Shown: positions 60,427 through 64,000 of the stretch, piece by piece | How positions within the stretch are numbered: the stretch's first letter is position 1 | Layout: every line of letters starts with the position of its first letter | Source: Actinomycetales bacterium | GTDB lineage: Bacteria; Actinomycetota; Actinomycetes; S36-B12; UBA5976 | NCBI GenBank assembly: GCA_018969715.1 | Contig: JAGWXT010000001.1 | Span: forward strand, 10,877 to 74,876 | DNA length: 64,000 bases | Direction: 5' to 3' | Program-made: the position numbers and the translations under genes | Notes under the pieces: model-generated | Database searches by the model: none | Told to the model about the DNA's origin: nothing | The model's input: the letters and a program-made list of their open reading frames with translations, nothing else

Positions 60427-61673
60427 GCGAGGACGACGATCGCCTCGCCCGGCTTGTGCTCAGCCACATCGTGGAGCCAGGGGACGTTCTCGCCAGTGTC
60501 CTCGTCAGCAGTATCGGCGCACCTGCGCTGCTGGACCTGCTCATCGCTGACCGCCCGCTGCCGTTCCGGCCAGCTCTCCCGCCATCATTGCCGCCAGCTC
60601 TCCCGCCACCATTGCCGCCCGTCCGGGGCGGCGGGGTCACCTCGACCTCGGAACAGTTGGCGTCCCGGTGGGATCGGTGGCGGGTGAAGGCTGCCGCCGC
60701 ACCCTCCGGCGTGCACCTGCTGACCGACCTGGCCGATCGGGGGCATGCGGTGGTCATCCCCGGTGACGCAGCCTGGCCGGTGAGCCTGGCTGAACGCAGG
60801 CCCGGGCTGCTCGATGCGAACGGCGACACCGCCGGCTGCGCGATGCCGCTGGCCCTCTACTGCGCAGGCGACCCGGCACGCCTCAGTGGCCCGATGATCG
60901 CCATCGTCGGCCGCCGTGCCGCCAGCGGGTACGGGGTGAGCGTTGCCCGCGACCTCGCCGCCGACCTCGTCGCGGCCGGCTGGGCCGTGGTGTCGGGGGC
61001 TGCCTACGGTATTGATGCCGCCGCACATGCGGGTGCGCTCGCCGTGGACGACGCCGGGACGCTTGCGGTGATGGCCGGCGGAGTGGATCAGCCGTACCCG
61101 CGGGGTCATGAGGCGCTGCTCGCGCGCATCCGCAGCGGGGCGGTGGTCTGTGGGGAGTACCCGCCGCTGGCGCACCCCACCCGCTCGCGGTTCCTTGCCC
61201 GCAACCGCCTCATCGCCGCATTGGCGGTGGGGACGGTCGTCGTGCAGGCCGAGTACCGCAGTGGTGCGCTCAACACCGCACGCTGGGCACGTGACTGCGG
61301 GCGGGTACTGATGGGGGTTCCCGGACCGGTCACCGATGCGGGCAGTGCGGGGGTCCACCGGCTGATCGCAGAGGGCGCCGCGCAGCTGGTCACCTCCGCA
61401 GCGGAGGTCATCGAGTGCTGCAGTCCCATCGGGGAGGGGCTCGCCCCGCCCCCGCCTGCCACTCATCGGCCTCACGATGACCTGACGGATGTCGAGCAGC
61501 GGGTGCATGAGGCCCTCCACCGCCGGGAAGGTGCATCGCTGGCGCAGATCGCCGCGGTCACCGGGGAGAGCACGCGTGGCGTGCTGGCGGCATTGGGCCG
61601 GCTGGAACTGGCCGGGCTGGCCTGTGTGGCGGGAGATGGTTGGCGCGCGGGTACCGCACCTGCCCCGCCGTGA
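60423..61673 (+). CDS. dprA: DNA-processing protein DprA
   Basis: ATGA overlap with comM. Rossmann-like core with GAAYGIDAAAHAGAL and FLARNRLIAAL. Confidence 0.85.
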   Translation: MSEDDDRLARLVLSHIVEPGDVLASVLVSSIGAPALLDLLIADRPLPFRPALPPSLPPALPPPLPPVRGGGVTSTSEQLASRWDRWRVKAAAAPSGVHLLTDLADRGHAVVIPGDAAWPVSLAERRPGLLDANGDTAGCAMPLALYCAGDPARLSGPMIAIVGRRAASGYGVSVARDLAADLVAAGWAVVSGAAYGIDAAAHAGALAVDDAGTLAVMAGGVDQPYPRGHEALLARIRSGAVVCGEYPPLAHPTRSRFLARNRLIAALAVGTVVVQAEYRSGALNTARWARDCGRVLMGVPGPVTDAGSAGVHRLIAEGAAQLVTSAAEVIECCSPIGEGLAPPPPATHRPHDDLTDVEQRVHEALHRREGASLAQIAAVTGESTRGVLAALGRLELAGLACVAGDGWRAGTAPAPP

Positions 61674-61747
61674 CCGGGTCAGCCAGGTGGGGCGATGATG
61701 GGCGCGGCGCGCGGGCGTTGCCCCCATCGTGGGCTGATGATGCGGGC

Positions 61748-62728
61748 GTGGCCGCTCCCAGCGATGTGCAGCAGGTGCCTCCCCCGGCGGCTGGGTTGCC
61801 GCCCGCACTGGCCGAGCCGCTTGCCGCCTTCCTCGATCACCTGCAATTCGAGCGCGCCCGCAGTGTGCACACGATTCGCGCCTACGCCGGAGATCTCCGC
61901 AGTCTTTTCGCCTTTGCCGCCGAGCGGGGGGCGAGCAGTGTCGATGACCTGACCATGGCGACGGTGCGCGCCTGGTTGGCCGCGCAGCGCACGGCCGGGG
62001 GAGCCCCCGCTTCCGTGGCCAGGCGCGCGGCGTCGGTCCGGACCTTCGGGGCATTCGCCGCGGAGCGCGGCTTCGCTGCCAGCGATATCGCAGGCCGCCT
62101 CCGGCAACCAGCAGTTCCAGCCGCCCTGCCGACCGTGCTCGACGCCGACCAGATCGATGCGGCGATCCGCACCCGCGCACCCGCGGATGCACCCGCACCG
62201 GCGGATCCCGATCTCGTCGCCGTGCGGCTTCGGGACGGCGCCCTCCTGGAAATGATCTACGCCACTGGGGTGCGCGTATCCGAGGTCACCGGTCTGGATA
62301 TCGGCGATATCGATCATGAGCGACGCGTGGCACGGGTTCTGGGCAAGGGTGGCAAGGAGCGCATGGTTCCCTTCGGACGCTCAGCAGCCGCGGCCTTGCG
62401 TGGCTACCTCGATGACGGGCGTCCAGTGCTGGCAGCCGGGTCCGATGCCGGCGGGCGAGCGCTGTTCCTCGGTGTGCGCGGCGGGCGACTGGATCCTCGC
62501 TCCGTTCGTCGGGTGCTCGCCGCCGCACTCACCGCCGCGCAGCTGCCGGTCGTCGGTCCCCACGCCCTGCGGCACTCCGCGGCCACGCACCTGCTGGCGG
62601 GTGGCTGCGACCTGCGCCTCGTTCAGGAGTTGCTCGGTCACGCCTCACTGGCCACCACCCAGCGGTACACCCACGTGAGTGTTGAGCGGCTGCGCTCGGC
62701 ACTCAGCCAGGCCCACCCACGCGCCTGA
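61748..62728 (+). CDS. xerC: Tyrosine recombinase XerC
   Basis: Contains FLDHLQFERARSVHTIRAYAGDL and the catalytic region HALRHSAATHLL...LGHASLATTQRYTHV. Confidence 0.9.
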   Translation: MAAPSDVQQVPPPAAGLPPALAEPLAAFLDHLQFERARSVHTIRAYAGDLRSLFAFAAERGASSVDDLTMATVRAWLAAQRTAGGAPASVARRAASVRTFGAFAAERGFAASDIAGRLRQPAVPAALPTVLDADQIDAAIRTRAPADAPAPADPDLVAVRLRDGALLEMIYATGVRVSEVTGLDIGDIDHERRVARVLGKGGKERMVPFGRSAAAALRGYLDDGRPVLAAGSDAGGRALFLGVRGGRLDPRSVRRVLAAALTAAQLPVVGPHALRHSAATHLLAGGCDLRLVQELLGHASLATTQRYTHVSVERLRSALSQAHPRA

Positions 62729-62742
62729 GCCGGCAGTGGTCG

Positions 62743-63369
62743 TCACCGGCCGATCCCTCCCGGCCGGGCAGGTTCGACCAGGACGATGCTCGGCCGCAGC
62801 AGCAGCACCGGATCGAGATAGGTGCCGGCGAACCGCAGCCCCCAGTGCAGGCACGTGACCCCAGCGCAATCCGGTCCGGATGCCGTCGCCACCCGTCCGA
62901 TGACCTCGCCGCGGTTGACCCGCTGGCCCGTCCGGACGCTCGGGTGGATCGGCTGGTACGTCGTCTCCACATCGGGACCGTGGACGATCGTCACCACTCC
63001 GCGACCGGCGACGTCACCGGCGAAGCCGACCGTTCCCGGGCCGGTTGAGCGCACGGGTTGACCGGCGCGGGCGCGCAGGTCGACGCCGCGATGGCCGGCG
63101 GCATAGGAATGGACGGGGGCGGTGAACGGGCGCAGGACCCGCAGTGGCCGCAACGGCGGAGCGAACCAGTCCTCGGCGGGCACTCCACTGGGGTGCTGAG
63201 GGCCCAGGGCGGGGGTGGCGGCGCCCGCGGGGGTGGCGGCAAGCGCCGGGGCGCTAGCGACCGCCGGGGCGCTGGCGAGGGTGAGGGTGAGGGCGAGGGC
63301 GAGGGCGAGGGCAGGGGTGAGGGCAAGGGCCACGGTGGCCGCATTGCATCGGGTGATCCAGGAGGGCAT
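62743..63369 (-). CDS. M23-family peptidase (secreted)
   Basis: Signal/Ala-Leu-rich N-terminus, then HRGVDL, a GVVTIVHG-containing segment and HWGLR. Confidence 0.85.
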   Translation of the reverse strand: MPSWITRCNAATVALALTPALALALALTLTLASAPAVASAPALAATPAGAATPALGPQHPSGVPAEDWFAPPLRPLRVLRPFTAPVHSYAAGHRGVDLRARAGQPVRSTGPGTVGFAGDVAGRGVVTIVHGPDVETTYQPIHPSVRTGQRVNRGEVIGRVATASGPDCAGVTCLHWGLRFAGTYLDPVLLLRPSIVLVEPARPGGIGR

Positions 63370-63672
63370 AGCCCGACCGTCGCCGTCGCGGGTCCCTGGC
63401 CGGGGCCGACTGCACCGCGGGCGTGGGGGACTCGGCGGTGTGCGCGGATGGCGGGGTGGCGGGCCCGGACCTGCCTCGTCCGCCTAGACTCCACGATGCG
63501 TCCTCCAACCGGGGGCGACATCGCACGGCCGCACTCCGACCCCAATGGGGAAGGCGTGCTCACTCGGTCCGCCAATGCTGGCGGTGGTGCGCGGCGGCCG
63601 TCAGGGTGCTCGGGCGTCCGCCCGGGCGCAGCAACCGAGGTCGGTGGCTCGCTGCCGACAAGGAGGAGCACC

Positions 63673-64000
63673 GTGGCCGTCGTCACCATGCGTCAACTGC
63701 TTGAGAGCGGTGTCCACTTCGGACACCAGACCCGTCGCTGGAATCCCAAGATGAAGCGCTTCATCCTGACCGAGCGCAACGGCATCTACGTCATCGATCT
63801 GCAGCAGACCCTCGACCTCATCGACCGCGCCTATCAGTACGTCCGCCAGACGGTCGGCCAGGGCGGGACGATCCTGTTCGTCGGCACCAAGCGGCAGGCC
63901 CAGGAGCCGCTCGCCTCGGAGGCGATGCGCGTGGGGATGCCGTATGTCACCGAGCGGTGGTTGGGGGGGATGCTCACGAACTTCCCCACCGTTCATAAGC
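63673..64000 (+). CDS. rpsB: 30S ribosomal protein S2 (5' part; continues beyond window)
   Basis: GTG at 63673 lies 6 nt after AGGAGG. The translation reads [31 protein letters not shown]... Confidence 0.9.
   Translation, partial: MAVVTMRQLLESGVHFGHQTRRWNPKMKRFILTERNGIYVIDLQQTLDLIDRAYQYVRQTVGQGGTILFVGTKRQAQEPLASEAMRVGMPYVTERWLGGMLTNFPTVHK

Noticed and set aside
63370-63672. A long ~300-nt leader upstream of the M23 peptidase as a possible c-di-AMP (ydaO-type) riboswitch, as known for some actinobacterial cell-wall hydrolase genes
   Set aside because: I could not identify the conserved ydaO core elements by eye, and the region also has to hold the divergent rpsB promoter. An Infernal/Rfam scan would be needed, so no claim is made.

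Overview
High-GC, actinobacterial-type chromosomal segment. The backbone is the conserved actinobacterial housekeeping block: rpmB / DAK2(yloV-like)-recG-rsmD-coaD-coiled-coil-yceD-rpmF | rnc-mutM-smc-ftsY-amt-glnK-glnD-ffh | rpsP-KH-rimM-trmD ... rplS-lepB | rnhB-yraN-comM-dprA-xerC ... M23 peptidase / rpsB. To its left lies a less conserved arm: a MoxR/ChlI-like ATPase with a partner protein, an epimerase, a HIT protein, an alpha/beta-hydrolase-TM-ABC-ATPase fusion with an ABC-2 permease, DoxX, a DUF1566-like protein and a P450. Three accessory insertions interrupt the backbone. (i) A ~14-kb mosaic island sits between rpmF and rnc (about 20.5-34.8 kb). It is marked by three direct copies of a tRNA-Met-like 3' half. 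It carries an excisionase-like gene, integrase and transposase stubs, four toxin-antitoxin-type modules (HipBA-like, XRE/AbiEii-like, HTH/PIN, HigBA), a Tat-signal CDA-fold deaminase and a patchwork of truncated metabolic genes. Two of the toxins (PIN, HigB) look frameshifted. (ii) A single secreted PLD-family gene lies between ffh and rpsP. (iii) A ~4.2-kb insertion between lepB and rnhB holds MazEF, several gene stubs and two tandem duplications (93 bp and 207 bp). I found no rRNA gene, no foldable intact tRNA and no CRISPR array. Many long ORFs in the supplied track lie antisense to, or out of frame with, these genes and are high-GC artefacts. All product calls rest on motifs read by eye and on remembered family signatures; no database search was possible.
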